DNA of 32,000 nt from Vibrio cholerae ATCC 14035 (GCF_000621645.1 NZ_JHXR01000009.1:60001-92000), one strand, 5' to 3'; shown: positions 1 to 10,683, numbered from the stretch's first letter. The notes: generated by a model not told the origin, from the letters alone. Made by a program: numbers and translations.

Positions 1-37
1 AAATAACAGTGTAACCAGTGAACAAAAGGATCTGAAT

Positions 38-2320
38 ATGAGCTCTCTACGCAGAAAATGGATCAGCGATCCCGCTTTCAAAATGTTTAAGAAAGTGCTT
101 CCTCCTCTGTCACAAACCGAGAAAGAAGCGATGGAAGCGGGCAGTGTATGGTGGGATGGCGAACTGTTCTCTGGTAAGCCTGATTTCACCAAGCTGCACC
201 ATTATCCGAAACCGACCTTGTCAGCGGAGGAGCAATCTTTCATCGACAACGAGTTGGAAACTCTGCTCGCTATGTTGGATGACTACAAGATAGTCAAACA
301 AGATCGCGATCTCCCCAAAGAGGTGTGGGACTACCTACGTAAAGAGCGTTTCTTCTCGCTGATTATTTCCAAAGAGTATGGTGGCCGTGAGTTCTCGGCT
401 CTGGCGAACTCGACCATAGTGTCACGCATTGCTACGCGCAGCATCAGCACCGCAGTAACAGTCATGGTACCGAACTCATTGGGCCCTGGTGAGCTGTTGT
501 CACACTACGGTACCCAAGAGCAGAAAGATTACTGGCTGCCACGTTTGGCCGATGGCACCGATATTCCTTGCTTTGCATTGACAGGGCCGGAAGCGGGTTC
601 GGATGCGGGCAGCATTCCTGACCAAGGCGTGGTCTGCTACGGCAAGCATGAAGGCAAAGACGTGCTGGGCATCCGTTTAAGCTGGAACAAGCGTTACATC
701 ACGCTGGCACCAGTGGCGACTGTGCTGGGTCTTGCTTTCAAACTGAGTGATCCAGAGCATCTGCTTGGCGATAAAGAAGAGATTGGTATTACTTGTGCGC
801 TAATCCCTGCCTCCCATGAAGGCGTAGAGATTGGCGAACGCCACGACCCACTAGGTTTGGCCTTTATGAACGGCCCAACCCGTGGCCAAGATGTGTTTAT
901 CCCAATGGATTGGCTGATTGGTGGGGCGGATTACGCAGGTAAAGGCTGGCGCATGTTGGTGGAGTGTCTCTCGGCAGGACGTGGGATCTCCCTACCTGCA
1001 TTGGGTACCGCGATTGGCCACCTCACCGCTCGTACCACAGGCGCATATGGTTATGTGCGTAAGCAGTTTGGGATGTCGATTGGTAAATTTGAAGGTGTGG
1101 CGGAAGCCATGGGACGTATCGGCGGTTTAACCTACTTGCTGGAAGCGACCCGTACTTTGACCACCACCTCTTTGGATCTCAAAGAGAAACCAGGGATTGT
1201 CACGGCGATTGCCAAATACCACATGACGGAAATCGCGCGCACCATTTTGAATGATGCGATGGATATCCATTCTGGTCGTGCTATCCAAGATGGACCAATG
1301 AACTATCTGGCGACGCACTATCTCGGCGTACCCGTGGCAATCACGGTTGAAGGGGCGAACATTTTGACGCGTAACCTGATGATCTTCGGTCAAGGTGCGA
1401 CTCGTTGCCATCCTTATGTTCTCAAAGAGATGGAAGCGGCGGCCAACCCAGATCAACAAGAAGGGGCAAAAGCGTTTGATGAACTGCTGTTCAAGCACAT
1501 TGCCCACGCGACCAAAAACAGCTTTGGTGCTCTGTTTGCCGCACTGACGGGTTCACGCTTTATTAAAGCGAACATGAGTGGCCCCACACAAGACTACTAT
1601 AAGCAGATGACTCGCCTGAGCCGCGCTTTAGCGGTGAGTGCGGATGTGGCAATGCTCACCTTGGGTGGCGAGCTCAAACGTAAAGAGATGATTTCAGCAC
1701 GCTTAGGCGATGCACTGAGCTATCTGTACATGGGCTCGGCGGTACTGAAAAAGTATGAAGATGAAGGCCGCCATCAAGCGGATTTAGACTACGTACACTA
1801 TGCGATGCAGTACTGTTTACATCACGCGGCGAAATCGCTTAACCAAGCGTATCGTAACTACCCTGTGACTGGGGTCGGAGCCATCTTGAAAGGGCTGCTG
1901 TTCCCGCTAGGCAACCACTTTGCACCACCGAGTGATGAGTTAGCGGTCAAACTCGCAGAAAGTCTGATGACCCCTGGAGCGCATCGTGATCGTTTAACCG
2001 CGCTGTGCTACATAGGTAAAGGTGAAGATGACAGCGTAGGCTTGATGGAAAAAGCGTTTTTGGCCATGTATAGCGTTAAAGGCTTAGAGCGTAAACTGCA
2101 ACAAGGGGTGAAAGAGGGTAAAGTGGCGCGCAAAGGACTACTGGTTGATCGCTTGGCACAAGCAGAGCAAGCGGATGTGTTGAGCGCAGATGAAGTGGCC
2201 TCGATTCTGGCGGCAGAAAAACTGCGTAGCCGTGCGATTCAGGTCGATCATTTCAGCCATGATTTCTCGCAAATCCATACCCATCAGACCACCAAACCTA
2301 AGTTAAACAGTGTGGCGTAA
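38..2320 (+). CDS. fadE: Large acyl-CoA dehydrogenase (FadE type), fatty-acid beta-oxidation
   Basis: 760-aa ORF. The N-terminal stretch 'FKKVLPPLSQTEKEAMEAGSVWWDGELFSGKPDF' and the overall length match FadE-type dehydrogenases. AGGA lies 7 nt upstream of ATG-38. The frame stays open to the window edge, so an upstream start cannot be fully excluded. The hydrophobic N-terminal segment I remember in E. coli FadE is absent. Confidence 0.9.
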   Translation: MSSLRRKWISDPAFKMFKKVLPPLSQTEKEAMEAGSVWWDGELFSGKPDFTKLHHYPKPTLSAEEQSFIDNELETLLAMLDDYKIVKQDRDLPKEVWDYLRKERFFSLIISKEYGGREFSALANSTIVSRIATRSISTAVTVMVPNSLGPGELLSHYGTQEQKDYWLPRLADGTDIPCFALTGPEAGSDAGSIPDQGVVCYGKHEGKDVLGIRLSWNKRYITLAPVATVLGLAFKLSDPEHLLGDKEEIGITCALIPASHEGVEIGERHDPLGLAFMNGPTRGQDVFIPMDWLIGGADYAGKGWRMLVECLSAGRGISLPALGTAIGHLTARTTGAYGYVRKQFGMSIGKFEGVAEAMGRIGGLTYLLEATRTLTTTSLDLKEKPGIVTAIAKYHMTEIARTILNDAMDIHSGRAIQDGPMNYLATHYLGVPVAITVEGANILTRNLMIFGQGATRCHPYVLKEMEAAANPDQQEGAKAFDELLFKHIAHATKNSFGALFAALTGSRFIKANMSGPTQDYYKQMTRLSRALAVSADVAMLTLGGELKRKEMISARLGDALSYLYMGSAVLKKYEDEGRHQADLDYVHYAMQYCLHHAAKSLNQAYRNYPVTGVGAILKGLLFPLGNHFAPPSDELAVKLAESLMTPGAHRDRLTALCYIGKGEDDSVGLMEKAFLAMYSVKGLERKLQQGVKEGKVARKGLLVDRLAQAEQADVLSADEVASILAAEKLRSRAIQVDHFSHDFSQIHTHQTTKPKLNSVA

Positions 2321-2338
2321 CAAATAAAATAGAGTATC

Positions 2339-2374
2339 GAGGGCTTCTCATCAGAAGCCCTCTTTATTTTTATT
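2339..2374 (+). terminator. Rho-independent terminator of fadE
   Basis: Perfect 10-bp stem gagggcttct/agaagccctc with loop catc, followed by tttatttttatt. It starts 19 nt after the fadE stop. Confidence 0.85.
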
Positions 2375-2518
2375 GATTGAGTTTTTTGTGAGCATAACGG
2401 GAAAAATCCCCCAATGAGTGCTCCAACCACTGGCCATTTTCGGCGAAATTGAGAGAAATTAGATGCGGTTTGTGTCTGAACCTTTTATCCTAGCGACGAT
2501 TTTTTAAGGAAGTTGAAT

Positions 2519-3724
2519 ATGATCATCAAACCTAAAATTCGTGGATTTATCTGTACAACAACGCACCCAGTGGGTTGTGAAGCGAACGTAAAAGAACAAA
2601 TTGCCTACACAAAAGCACAAGGTCCGATCAAAAACGCACCTAAGCGCGTGTTGGTTGTCGGATCGTCTAGCGGCTATGGTCTGTCATCACGCATCGCTGC
2701 GGCGTTTGGCGGTGGTGCGGCGACAATCGGCGTATTTTTCGAAAAGCCGGGCACTGACAAAAAACCAGGTACTGCGGGTTTCTACAATGCAGCAGCGTTT
2801 GACAAGCTAGCGCATGAAGCGGGCTTGTACGCAAAAAGCCTGAACGGCGATGCGTTCTCGAACGAAGCGAAGCAAAAAGCGATTGAGCTGATTAAGCAAG
2901 ACCTCGGCCAGATTGATTTGGTGGTTTACTCATTGGCTTCTCCAGTACGTAAGATGCCAGACACGGGTGAGCTAGTGCGCTCTGCACTGAAACCGATCGG
3001 TGAAACGTACACCTCTACCGCGGTAGATACCAATAAAGATGTGATCATCGAAGCCAGTGTTGAACCTGCGACCGAGCAAGAAATCGCTGACACTGTCACC
3101 GTGATGGGCGGCCAAGATTGGGAACTGTGGATCCAAGCGCTGGAAGAGGCGGGTGTTCTTGCTGAAGGTTGCAAAACCGTGGCGTACAGCTACATCGGTA
3201 CTGAATTGACTTGGCCAATCTACTGGGATGGCGCTCTAGGCCGTGCCAAGATGGACCTAGATCGCGCAGCGACAGCGCTGAACGAAAAGCTGGCAGCGAA
3301 AGGCGGTACCGCGAACGTTGCAGTTTTGAAATCAGTGGTGACTCAAGCAAGCTCTGCGATTCCTGTGATGCCGCTCTACATCGCGATGGTGTTCAAGAAG
3401 ATGCGTGAACAGGGCGTGCATGAAGGCTGTATGGAGCAGATTTACCGCATGTTCAGTCAACGTCTGTACAAAGAAGATGGTTCAGCGCCGGAAGTGGATG
3501 ATCACAATCGTCTGCGTTTGGATGACTGGGAACTGCGTGATGACATTCAGCAGCACTGCCGTGATCTATGGCCACAAATTACCACAGAGAACCTGCGTGA
3601 GCTGACCGATTACGACATGTACAAAGAAGAGTTCATCAAGCTGTTTGGCTTTGGCATTGAAGGCATTGATTACGATGCTGACGTCAATCCAGAAGTCGAA
3701 TTTGATGTGATTGATATCGAGTAA
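2519..3724 (+). CDS. fabV: Enoyl-ACP reductase FabV (triclosan-refractory trans-2-enoyl reductase family)
   Basis: The ORF reads '[24 protein letters not shown]...', the FabV/TER family signature. I chose ATG-2519 (401 aa) over the track's TTG-2513 because AAGGAAG sits at 2507-2513 just upstream. Confidence 0.93.
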   Translation: MIIKPKIRGFICTTTHPVGCEANVKEQIAYTKAQGPIKNAPKRVLVVGSSSGYGLSSRIAAAFGGGAATIGVFFEKPGTDKKPGTAGFYNAAAFDKLAHEAGLYAKSLNGDAFSNEAKQKAIELIKQDLGQIDLVVYSLASPVRKMPDTGELVRSALKPIGETYTSTAVDTNKDVIIEASVEPATEQEIADTVTVMGGQDWELWIQALEEAGVLAEGCKTVAYSYIGTELTWPIYWDGALGRAKMDLDRAATALNEKLAAKGGTANVAVLKSVVTQASSAIPVMPLYIAMVFKKMREQGVHEGCMEQIYRMFSQRLYKEDGSAPEVDDHNRLRLDDWELRDDIQQHCRDLWPQITTENLRELTDYDMYKEEFIKLFGFGIEGIDYDADVNPEVEFDVIDIE

Positions 3725-3743
3725 GAGAATTAACTCTTATCTT

Positions 3744-3770
3744 AAAAAGGCGCGTTATCGCGCCTTTTTT
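3744..3770 (+). terminator. Rho-independent terminator of fabV (A-tract/T-tract flanked, potentially bidirectional)
   Basis: Stem ggcgcg/cgcgcc with loop ttat, preceded by aaaaa and followed by tttttt. Confidence 0.85.
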
Positions 3771-3851
3771 GTGTCCGGAGTACAGCATGAATACAGCAGG
3801 TTGCTACAGTGATAAAGAGCAGCGGCGCTATAGTTGAGCTTGATTCTTTGT

Positions 3852-3912
3852 TATACCCAAATCACTTGAAGTGGCAGCCAACACCGCGACCGCTTTAAGT
3901 AGGAAGGGTATA
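3852..3912 (+). repeat. ERIC-like miniature palindromic intergenic element, copy A (61 bp)
   Basis: Termini are TATACCC...GGGTATA, with internal arms acttgaagtggcagcc / gctttaagtagg. By hand alignment it is about 75% identical over its full length to copies at 13965-14026 (reverse orientation) and 18628-18687 (reverse orientation). Confidence 0.7.
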
Positions 3913-3975
3913 TGGATTCTTGGTTGAACGCCGTCGATATTTTGCGAACGCATTGATTGATAAGTGCTGTAGCAA

Positions 3976-4010
3976 AACAAAAAGCGGAGCATAAGCTCCG
4001 CTTTTTGTTG
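3976..4010 (-). terminator. Rho-independent terminator of infA
   Basis: Stem agcggagc/gctccgct with loop ataa. The minus strand reads ...gctccgctttttgtttt. It lies 18 nt beyond the infA stop. Confidence 0.8.
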
Positions 4011-4027
4011 CGTTCGGAAATCAGAGA

Positions 4028-4246
<219 letters not shown>

Positions 4247-4329
4247 TTAATCCTCTTTAGAAATTTGGCGATCTTTAACGGCGCAGGATTCTGCCATTAA
4301 ACGTTCAATATGGGAAGTTGCGGCGTATT

Positions 4330-5031
4330 CTACCCTCGCCAACGTTGATTTACTAGCCTTTGATGTGGATTGAACCGGACTTTGTAGTTCATAGCTGGGC
4401 ATTCATCGATTTGATATCCCAAATAAAGCCACTGCTTTTTGGTCTGTTGGCAGTAATTGAGCTGACAAAGTACCGCTAAGGTGCCTAAAGAGATCGAAAT
4501 ATCTGGGTCATAAAAGGTGTAAAACGCACTCGCACTGTTTGGGAGTAAATCGGTGACGGCAATCGCGACCAACTTTTCGCCCTGATAAAGATGTAAATAT
4601 TGGGTATTAAGCCATTTTGCACGGGCAAATTTGGCAAATTCCATTTTATTGGGTGGGTACATGGAGCCGTGGCGATGACGAGCGAAAATATAACGCGCGT
4701 AAAGGGCGTACCAATCTTCATCCAGTTCTGGTTTCAACTGCCAATGAAACTCTTGGCTGAGCAGCTTGAGTAAACGTTTTTGGCTTTTGCTTGGCACAAA
4801 ATCGGGCGCAGGAATTCGCAGAGCTTGGCAAGACTGGCAATGATCACAATGCGGTTTGTAGATGGTATCGCCGCTGCGCCGAAAACCATTTGCCATCAGC
4901 ACTTCATAGGTTTCGGGGGTTTGCATCTGCGGATCAATCGCCACGGCGACGCGCTCCATCCGATCCGCTAAGTAGCTACAAGGATGGTTATTGGTTAAGC
5001 CAATACGAATTTGCTGAATATCTGAGCTCAT
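4330..5031 (-). CDS. bpt: ATE-family aminoacyl-tRNA-protein transferase (bacterial Bpt, Asp/Glu leucyltransferase)
   Basis: 233 aa carrying the N-terminal Cys cluster (CSYL...CDHCQSCQ) and the C-terminal 'YLGYQIDECPAMNYKVRFNP' motif typical of arginyl/leucyl-transferase ATE homologues. It starts 3 nt after the aat stop. Confidence 0.85.
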   Translation of the reverse strand: MSSDIQQIRIGLTNNHPCSYLADRMERVAVAIDPQMQTPETYEVLMANGFRRSGDTIYKPHCDHCQSCQALRIPAPDFVPSKSQKRLLKLLSQEFHWQLKPELDEDWYALYARYIFARHRHGSMYPPNKMEFAKFARAKWLNTQYLHLYQGEKLVAIAVTDLLPNSASAFYTFYDPDISISLGTLAVLCQLNYCQQTKKQWLYLGYQIDECPAMNYKVRFNPHQRLVNQRWRG

Positions 5032-5034
5032 GCA

Positions 5035-5766
5035 TCAATCCTCAAAGGCACATGGCGAAGTGGGGGTGGCGAGCCACTGAGTTTCAAAACAGCCACTGAG
5101 CACCTGCTTCTCCTTAAAAGATAGCAACGATTGGATAAATTGTTCACGGCTCAAGGTCGTTGCGCCTAAAGATTGCAAATGCGGATTCATCACTTGGCAA
5201 TCAATCAACTGCCCTTGATGGCGAGAAAAATGGTCGCAAAAATACCAAAGCGCAATTTTCGAGGCATTGGTTGCGAGGCTAAACATGGATTCGCCACAAA
5301 ACAGTTGGCCAACGGAAATGCCATAAAGCCCACCCACCAGTTGTTCGCCCTGCCACACCTCAACAGAATGGCAACGACCTTGTTTCGCCAACTCGCCATA
5401 CGCATGGCGCATTGAGTCATTGAGCCAACGTTGATCCGCAGGGCGAGTGAGCGCGCACTGCTCAATCACTTGCGACGTCGCGTGATTCACGCTAACCCGA
5501 TACTGATGTTTACGTTGGAACTTCTTCACGCTTTTGGCAGGTTGAAACCGAGTAGGGTCAAACACGGCACGTGGGGAAGGGCTCCACCACAAAATCGGGT
5601 CTTCAGGGCCATACCAAGGGAAAATGCCTTGTTGATAAGCCGCCCAAATTCGTTCAGGACGGAGATCGCCGCCAAATGCAAGCAGGCCGTTAGGGTCATC
5701 TAACGCAGTAAAAGGAGAGGGGAATGTCAACGTTTCCGGCGATAATTCAGTCAGATAAATAGTCAT
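5035..5766 (-). CDS. aat: Leucyl/phenylalanyl-tRNA-protein transferase
   Basis: '...DPNGLLAFGGDLRPERIWAAYQQGIFPWYGPEDPILWWSPSPRAVF...' matches Aat. The start is trimmed from the track's 5892 to ATG-5766 (MTIYLTEL...), because the 42-aa extension has no family counterpart. Confidence 0.88.
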   Translation of the reverse strand: MTIYLTELSPETLTFPSPFTALDDPNGLLAFGGDLRPERIWAAYQQGIFPWYGPEDPILWWSPSPRAVFDPTRFQPAKSVKKFQRKHQYRVSVNHATSQVIEQCALTRPADQRWLNDSMRHAYGELAKQGRCHSVEVWQGEQLVGGLYGISVGQLFCGESMFSLATNASKIALWYFCDHFSRHQGQLIDCQVMNPHLQSLGATTLSREQFIQSLLSFKEKQVLSGCFETQWLATPTSPCAFED

Positions 5767-6032
5767 CGTATTGGTTTGCCTTAGAAGTCCCTGTGAGCCA
5801 TTCCGAAAGTGAATGAGCCGCGATCTTAGTGATTTTGATGAAGTTTGCCAATCTTGATGCTTGGGAAATCCCTGGCTTGGTCGAGATTGCATAAACAGAA
5901 ATAAAAATTCATTGCGAGCAAGATAAAGGCTAGCGCTAGCGCATGAATTTGGTTAGTCTGCGGATACGAAGAATTTTCGCCGCGACCCATTACCACAAGG
6001 ACTTTCAGCGGCGCAAGGAAACACAACATCCA

Positions 6033-7313
6033 ATGGAAAGCTTGACTCTACAACCGATTGAACTCATCTCTGGGGAAGTGAATCTTCCCGGTTCCAAAAG
6101 CGTTTCAAACCGTGCGCTCTTGCTGGCTGCGCTAGCCTCAGGCACGACTCGTCTTACTAACTTGCTCGATAGCGACGATATTCGCCATATGCTCAATGCT
6201 TTGACCAAGCTGGGTGTGAACTATCGCCTCTCGGCCGATAAAACCACCTGTGAAGTAGAAGGTTTGGGCCAAGCCTTTCACACGACTCAGCCATTAGAGC
6301 TGTTTCTAGGTAACGCAGGTACTGCAATGCGTCCGCTGGCGGCGGCGTTGTGTCTTGGACAAGGCGACTATGTACTGACTGGCGAACCGCGCATGAAAGA
6401 GCGCCCGATTGGCCACTTAGTGGATGCTCTTCGTCAAGCCAGCGCACAGATTGAGTATCTGGAGCAGGAAAACTTTCCTCCACTGCGTATTCAAGGGACG
6501 GGCTTACAAGCAGGAACGGTGACTATCGATGGTTCTATCTCTAGTCAGTTTTTGACCGCCTTTCTTATGTCGGCACCGTTGGCGCAGGGCAAAGTGACCA
6601 TCAAGATCGTCGGTGAGCTGGTTTCTAAGCCTTACATCGACATTACACTGCACATCATGGAGCAGTTTGGTGTTCAGGTGATCAACCACGATTATCAAGA
6701 ATTTGTGATCCCAGCGGGGCAATCTTATGTGTCTCCGGGGCAGTTCCTCGTCGAAGGTGATGCCTCTTCTGCTTCCTATTTCCTTGCTGCGGCTGCCATT
6801 AAAGGCGGTGAGGTAAAAGTGACCGGTATTGGTAAAAACAGCATCCAAGGGGATATTCAATTTGCGGATGCATTAGAAAAGATGGGCGCGCAAATTGAGT
6901 GGGGCGATGATTATGTGATTGCTCGCCGTGGTGAACTGAATGCGGTGGATCTCGATTTTAACCATATCCCAGATGCGGCGATGACGATTGCGACGACGGC
7001 ACTTTTTGCCAAAGGTACCACGGCCATTCGTAACGTTTACAACTGGCGTGTAAAAGAGACGGATCGCTTGGCAGCAATGGCCACCGAACTGCGTAAAGTG
7101 GGCGCGACAGTCGAAGAGGGGGAAGATTTCATTGTGATTACGCCTCCAACTAAGCTCATCCATGCGGCAATCGATACCTATGACGATCACCGGATGGCGA
7201 TGTGTTTTTCTCTGGTTGCGTTGAGCGATACACCAGTGACGATCAATGACCCGAAATGCACGTCAAAAACGTTCCCCGATTACTTTGATAAGTTTGCGCA
7301 ATTAAGCCGCTAA
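6033..7313 (+). CDS. aroA: 3-phosphoshikimate 1-carboxyvinyltransferase (EPSP synthase)
   Basis: '[35 protein letters not shown]...[13 protein letters not shown]' is the classic AroA sequence. The start is set at ATG-6033 (426 aa), with AAGGAA upstream. The track's 5943 start adds a non-homologous 30 aa. Confidence 0.95.
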   Translation: MESLTLQPIELISGEVNLPGSKSVSNRALLLAALASGTTRLTNLLDSDDIRHMLNALTKLGVNYRLSADKTTCEVEGLGQAFHTTQPLELFLGNAGTAMRPLAAALCLGQGDYVLTGEPRMKERPIGHLVDALRQASAQIEYLEQENFPPLRIQGTGLQAGTVTIDGSISSQFLTAFLMSAPLAQGKVTIKIVGELVSKPYIDITLHIMEQFGVQVINHDYQEFVIPAGQSYVSPGQFLVEGDASSASYFLAAAAIKGGEVKVTGIGKNSIQGDIQFADALEKMGAQIEWGDDYVIARRGELNAVDLDFNHIPDAAMTIATTALFAKGTTAIRNVYNWRVKETDRLAAMATELRKVGATVEEGEDFIVITPPTKLIHAAIDTYDDHRMAMCFSLVALSDTPVTINDPKCTSKTFPDYFDKFAQLSR

Positions 7314-7328
7314 AGTGTCACTCCCTGC

Positions 7329-7359
7329 CCAAAACCGATGGCGATAAAATCGGTTTTGG
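7329..7359 (+). other. Perfect 11-bp stem-loop immediately downstream of aroA (no T-tract)
   Basis: ccaaaaccgat (7329-7339) pairs with atcggttttgg (7349-7359) around a 9-nt loop. It starts 16 nt after the aroA stop. Confidence 0.5.
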
Positions 7360-7375
7360 AGTAGATGTAAGTGAT

Positions 7376-7411
7376 TGAAAAAAGCCTCATTACGAGGCTT
7401 TTATTATTTTT
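7376..7411. terminator. Bidirectional Rho-independent terminator shared by aroA (+) and yciN (-)
   Basis: Stem aagcctc/gaggctt with loop attac, flanked by gaaaaa on the left and ttattatttttg on the right. It overlaps the yciN stop. Confidence 0.75.
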
Positions 7412-7652
7412 GTAGGGTAAATTCCGGTGAGAGATGATGAGCGAGATATTTAAACATATTAAATACCGCTGTGGTTTTCTCAGTAGGAAGGCCTTGTTCA
7501 GTGAGGAAATACTCACCTTTAAACACTAACACGCCTTCTTTCTCTTCCACTTGAGTGGCACGCATGCCTTCGATGTAACACTCATGATCTTGAATTAATT
7601 GGTTAGCAATCAGTAAAAGTTCAAATTCAGTGATCGGTTTTTTATGGTTCAT
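7404..7652 (-). CDS. yciN: YciN-family small protein (DUF2498)
   Basis: 82 aa. The stretch 'GVLVFKGEYFLTEQGLPTEKTTAVFNMFKYLAHHL' matches E. coli YciN. It is divergent from topA, as in E. coli. Confidence 0.8.
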   Translation of the reverse strand: MNHKKPITEFELLLIANQLIQDHECYIEGMRATQVEEKEGVLVFKGEYFLTEQGLPTEKTTAVFNMFKYLAHHLSPEFTLQK

Positions 7653-7989
7653 GGTGATAACTCCTTACCATTGGATGCAGGCATTATAAGTAGGTAACCG
7701 GTGACAACCTTGACAGAAAGCAGGAAAAGGGCGATTTGTTCTCTAGATGAATTTGTGAGTTATTGCATATTTCGTCGTTTTGGGGTCGCGGTATACCGCG
7801 CTTCACTTTAGTATGGGCGCGTTTTTGACAGCAGAACAACATTTCGTCGATTTGTCGAGCAAATAAAAAGCTTTTAGAAAAAACAAGTTGATCTTCTTGT
7901 TATCTGGCTCGATAGTAAAAAAAAGAATTACATTTTAGAACGTCATGCGATTTAAATCGCGCCAAATGATGAAGGACAATTGAGTCAAT

Positions 7990-10620
7990 ATGGGTAAATC
8001 ACTCGTTATCGTCGAGTCGCCAGCCAAGGCTAAAACCATCAATAAGTACCTTGGTAAAGACTTTATCGTGAAATCCAGTGTGGGACACGTGCGTGATCTG
8101 CCTACAGCAGGGCAAACGGCCACACCGACCGGTAAAGCGGCGGCAGCATCGACTAAGAAAGCATCTACTACTGATAAAGAGCAGCAAAAGCGTGAAAAAG
8201 AACGCGCAGCGCTGATCAAAAAGATGGGTGTCGATCCGTATCACGGCTGGCAAGCCAATTACCAAATTCTGCCCGGTAAAGAGAAAGTGGTGGCTGAGCT
8301 GCAAAAGCTCGCGAAAGACGCTGACAGCGTTTATCTCGCAACCGACTTGGACCGCGAGGGAGAAGCCATCGCTTGGCACCTTCGTGAGATCATCGGTGGC
8401 GATGAAAAGCGATATAAACGAGTGGTATTTAACGAAATCACCAAAAACGCCATTCAGCAGGCTTTTAAGCAGCCTGGTGAACTGAATATGGATGGCGTGA
8501 ACGCTCAACAAGCACGCCGTTTCATGGACCGCGTGGTGGGCTTTATGGTCTCGCCACTGCTGTGGAAAAAAGTGGCGCGAGGCCTTTCCGCTGGTCGTGT
8601 ACAGTCTGTCGCCGTGAAACTTCTGGTTGAGCGTGAACGCGAAATCAAAGCATTTGTTCCGGAAGAATTTTGGGACATCAATGCCGATACCTTGACCGCA
8701 GACAAGCAAGATTTTCGCCTGTTGGTGGCCCAAAAAGACGGTTTAGCTTTCAAGCCTGTGAACGAAACGGAAGCCTTGGCGGCGGTTGCTGCGCTCAATA
8801 AAGCGCAGTACGAAGTGTGCAAACGCGAAGACAAACCGACCACCAGTAAACCGAGTGCACCTTTTATTACGTCAACCCTGCAGCAAGCCGCGAGTACTCG
8901 CCTTGGTTATGGGGTGAAAAAGACCATGATGCTCGCTCAGCGTTTGTATGAAGCGGGTTACATCACCTATATGCGTACCGACTCAACCAACTTGAGTGCG
9001 GAAGCGGTTGAGAATCTGCGTGGCTACATCACCAAGCATTACGGTGAGGCGTATTTGCCGAGCCAGCCAAATGTGTATGGCAGCAAGCAAAATGCCCAAG
9101 AGGCGCACGAAGCGATTCGTCCTTCGGATGTGACTGTCACCGCCGACGATCTGGAAGGAATGGAAGCGGATGCACACAAGCTGTATGCCCTGATTTGGAA
9201 TCAGTTTGTGGCCTGTCAAATGACACCTGCGCAATACGATTCCACGACAGTCAGTGTAAAAGCGGCAGAGTACACCCTGAAAGCGAAAGGTCGTATCCTC
9301 AAGTTTGATGGTTGGACTCGCGTACAGCGCCCGTTGGGTAAAAACGAAGATCAGATCCTGCCTCCGGTGAAGATCGGTGATAGCCTAAAGCTCGTCAGCC
9401 TAGATCCGAAACAGCACTTTACCAAACCGCCAGCGCGTTACACGGAAGCGGCATTGGTGAAAGAGTTAGAAAAGCGTGGTATTGGTCGCCCATCGACGTA
9501 TGCATCGATCATTTCCACCATTCAAGACCGCGGTTATGTGAAAGTCGATCAGCGCCGTTTCTTCGCGGAAAAAATGGGCGAAATTGTCACCGATCGTCTT
9601 GATGAGAATTTTGACGACTTGATGAACTACGACTTTACCGCGCGTATGGAAGAGAAACTCGACCAAATCGCCGAAGGTGAAGTGAACTGGACCGCAGTAC
9701 TGGATGAGTTCTTTGCTGATTTCAGTCGCGACCTCGAAACGGCGGAGCAAGATGAAAGCTTAGGTGGCATGAAGCCTAATCACATCGTGATGACCAATAT
9801 TTTGTGTCCGACCTGCTCGCGTCCGATGGGGATCCGCACGGCATCGACAGGGGTGTTTTTAGGCTGTTCTGGCTATGCATTACCGCCGAAAGAGCGCTGC
9901 AAAACCACCATCAACTTAGGTGACGAAGAAGGGGTGATCAACGTTCTCGAAGAGGATGTCGAAACCGCAGCACTGCGTGCTAAGAAGCGTTGCCCAATTT
10001 GTGAAACGGCGATGGATGCGTATCTGATTGACGATAAGCGTAAGCTGCATGTTTGTGGTAACAATCCGAACTGTGAAGGCTTTATCGTTGAAGAAGGCGA
10101 GTTCAAAGTCAAAGGCTATGAAGGCCCAACCGTCGAGTGTGATAAATGTGGCTCAGACATGGTGCTGAAAAATGGCCGCTTTGGTAAGTACATGGGTTGT
10201 ACCAACGATGCTTGTAAAAATACGCGTAAGATCCTGAAAAATGGCGAAGTTGCGCCACCGAAAGAAGAGCCAGTGCATTTCCCTGAACTGCCTTGTGAAA
10301 ATTCGGATGCGTATTTTGTGCTGCGTGATGGTGCATCTGGCTTGTTCTTTGCGGCGAGCAATTTCCCTAAATCGCGTGAAACGCGCGCGCCTTTGGTGGA
10401 AGAGTTGAAACGTTTTGCTGAGCGTTTGCCAGAAAAATACCAGTATCTGACTTCTGCACCCGCACATGATCCTGATGGCTTACCTGCTGTGGTGCGCTTC
10501 TCTCGTAAAGAGAAAGAGCATTACGTGCGTACCGAGACAGAGGGTAAACCTTCCGGTTGGATGGCGGTTTACCAAGAGGGTAAATGGTTGGTCACGGATA
10601 AACGCAAAAACGCGAAATAA
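7990..10620 (+). CDS. topA: DNA topoisomerase I
   Basis: 876 aa. It has the TOPRIM N-terminus '[22 protein letters not shown]', the active-site region, and C-terminal CxxC zinc-ribbon repeats. Confidence 0.98.
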   Translation: MGKSLVIVESPAKAKTINKYLGKDFIVKSSVGHVRDLPTAGQTATPTGKAAAASTKKASTTDKEQQKREKERAALIKKMGVDPYHGWQANYQILPGKEKVVAELQKLAKDADSVYLATDLDREGEAIAWHLREIIGGDEKRYKRVVFNEITKNAIQQAFKQPGELNMDGVNAQQARRFMDRVVGFMVSPLLWKKVARGLSAGRVQSVAVKLLVEREREIKAFVPEEFWDINADTLTADKQDFRLLVAQKDGLAFKPVNETEALAAVAALNKAQYEVCKREDKPTTSKPSAPFITSTLQQAASTRLGYGVKKTMMLAQRLYEAGYITYMRTDSTNLSAEAVENLRGYITKHYGEAYLPSQPNVYGSKQNAQEAHEAIRPSDVTVTADDLEGMEADAHKLYALIWNQFVACQMTPAQYDSTTVSVKAAEYTLKAKGRILKFDGWTRVQRPLGKNEDQILPPVKIGDSLKLVSLDPKQHFTKPPARYTEAALVKELEKRGIGRPSTYASIISTIQDRGYVKVDQRRFFAEKMGEIVTDRLDENFDDLMNYDFTARMEEKLDQIAEGEVNWTAVLDEFFADFSRDLETAEQDESLGGMKPNHIVMTNILCPTCSRPMGIRTASTGVFLGCSGYALPPKERCKTTINLGDEEGVINVLEEDVETAALRAKKRCPICETAMDAYLIDDKRKLHVCGNNPNCEGFIVEEGEFKVKGYEGPTVECDKCGSDMVLKNGRFGKYMGCTNDACKNTRKILKNGEVAPPKEEPVHFPELPCENSDAYFVLRDGASGLFFAASNFPKSRETRAPLVEELKRFAERLPEKYQYLTSAPAHDPDGLPAVVRFSRKEKEHYVRTETEGKPSGWMAVYQEGKWLVTDKRKNAK

Positions 10621-10645
10621 TCCGACTCATCCTTTGTTCAATCAA

Positions 10646-10683
10646 AATAAGACAGGCAGCCTCGCTGCCTTGTCTTATTTTTG
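10646..10683 (+). terminator. Rho-independent terminator of topA
   Basis: A ~14-bp stem (aataagacaggcagc / gctgccttgtcttatt, one bulge) with a 3-nt loop, followed by a T-run. Confidence 0.9.

Noticed and set aside
5-20. A FadR-operator-like sequence, AACAGTGTAACCAG, just upstream of fadE.
   Set aside because: The AACA...ACCAG halves are spaced one base shorter than the FadR consensus as I remember it (AACANNTCNGACCAG). The palindromic left half is poor, and the site sits at the window edge only 18 nt from the ATG. This is not enough support.
5767-5892. N-terminal extensions offered by the ORF track: aat to 5892, aroA from 5943, purR to 18356, elyC to 21264, mukE from 23445, the exporter from TTG-29262, and fabV from TTG-2513.
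   Set aside because: In every case an internal ATG aligns with the conserved family N-terminus, sometimes with a better RBS, and the extension has no homologous counterpart.
5929-5940. A perfect 12-bp palindrome, GCTAGCGCTAGC, in the aat-aroA divergent region. I considered it as a TrpR-like CTAG operator.
   Set aside because: The CTAG spacing (6 bp) differs from trp-operator geometry (8 bp), and aroA is not a known TrpR target. A short GC palindrome could arise by chance.
7999-8733. A 244-aa ORF antisense to topA. Similar long antisense or alternate-frame ORFs occur at 22535-23059 (mukF), 25608-25997 and 26840-27235 (mukB), 30466-31170 and 29847-30302 (ygiQ), 11654-12091 (glgC) and 14791-15207.
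   Set aside because: Each lies entirely within a confidently identified, conserved gene on the other strand or in another frame. Each has low-complexity or Arg/Leu/Ser-rich composition typical of shadow ORFs, and none has a recognisable domain or RBS.
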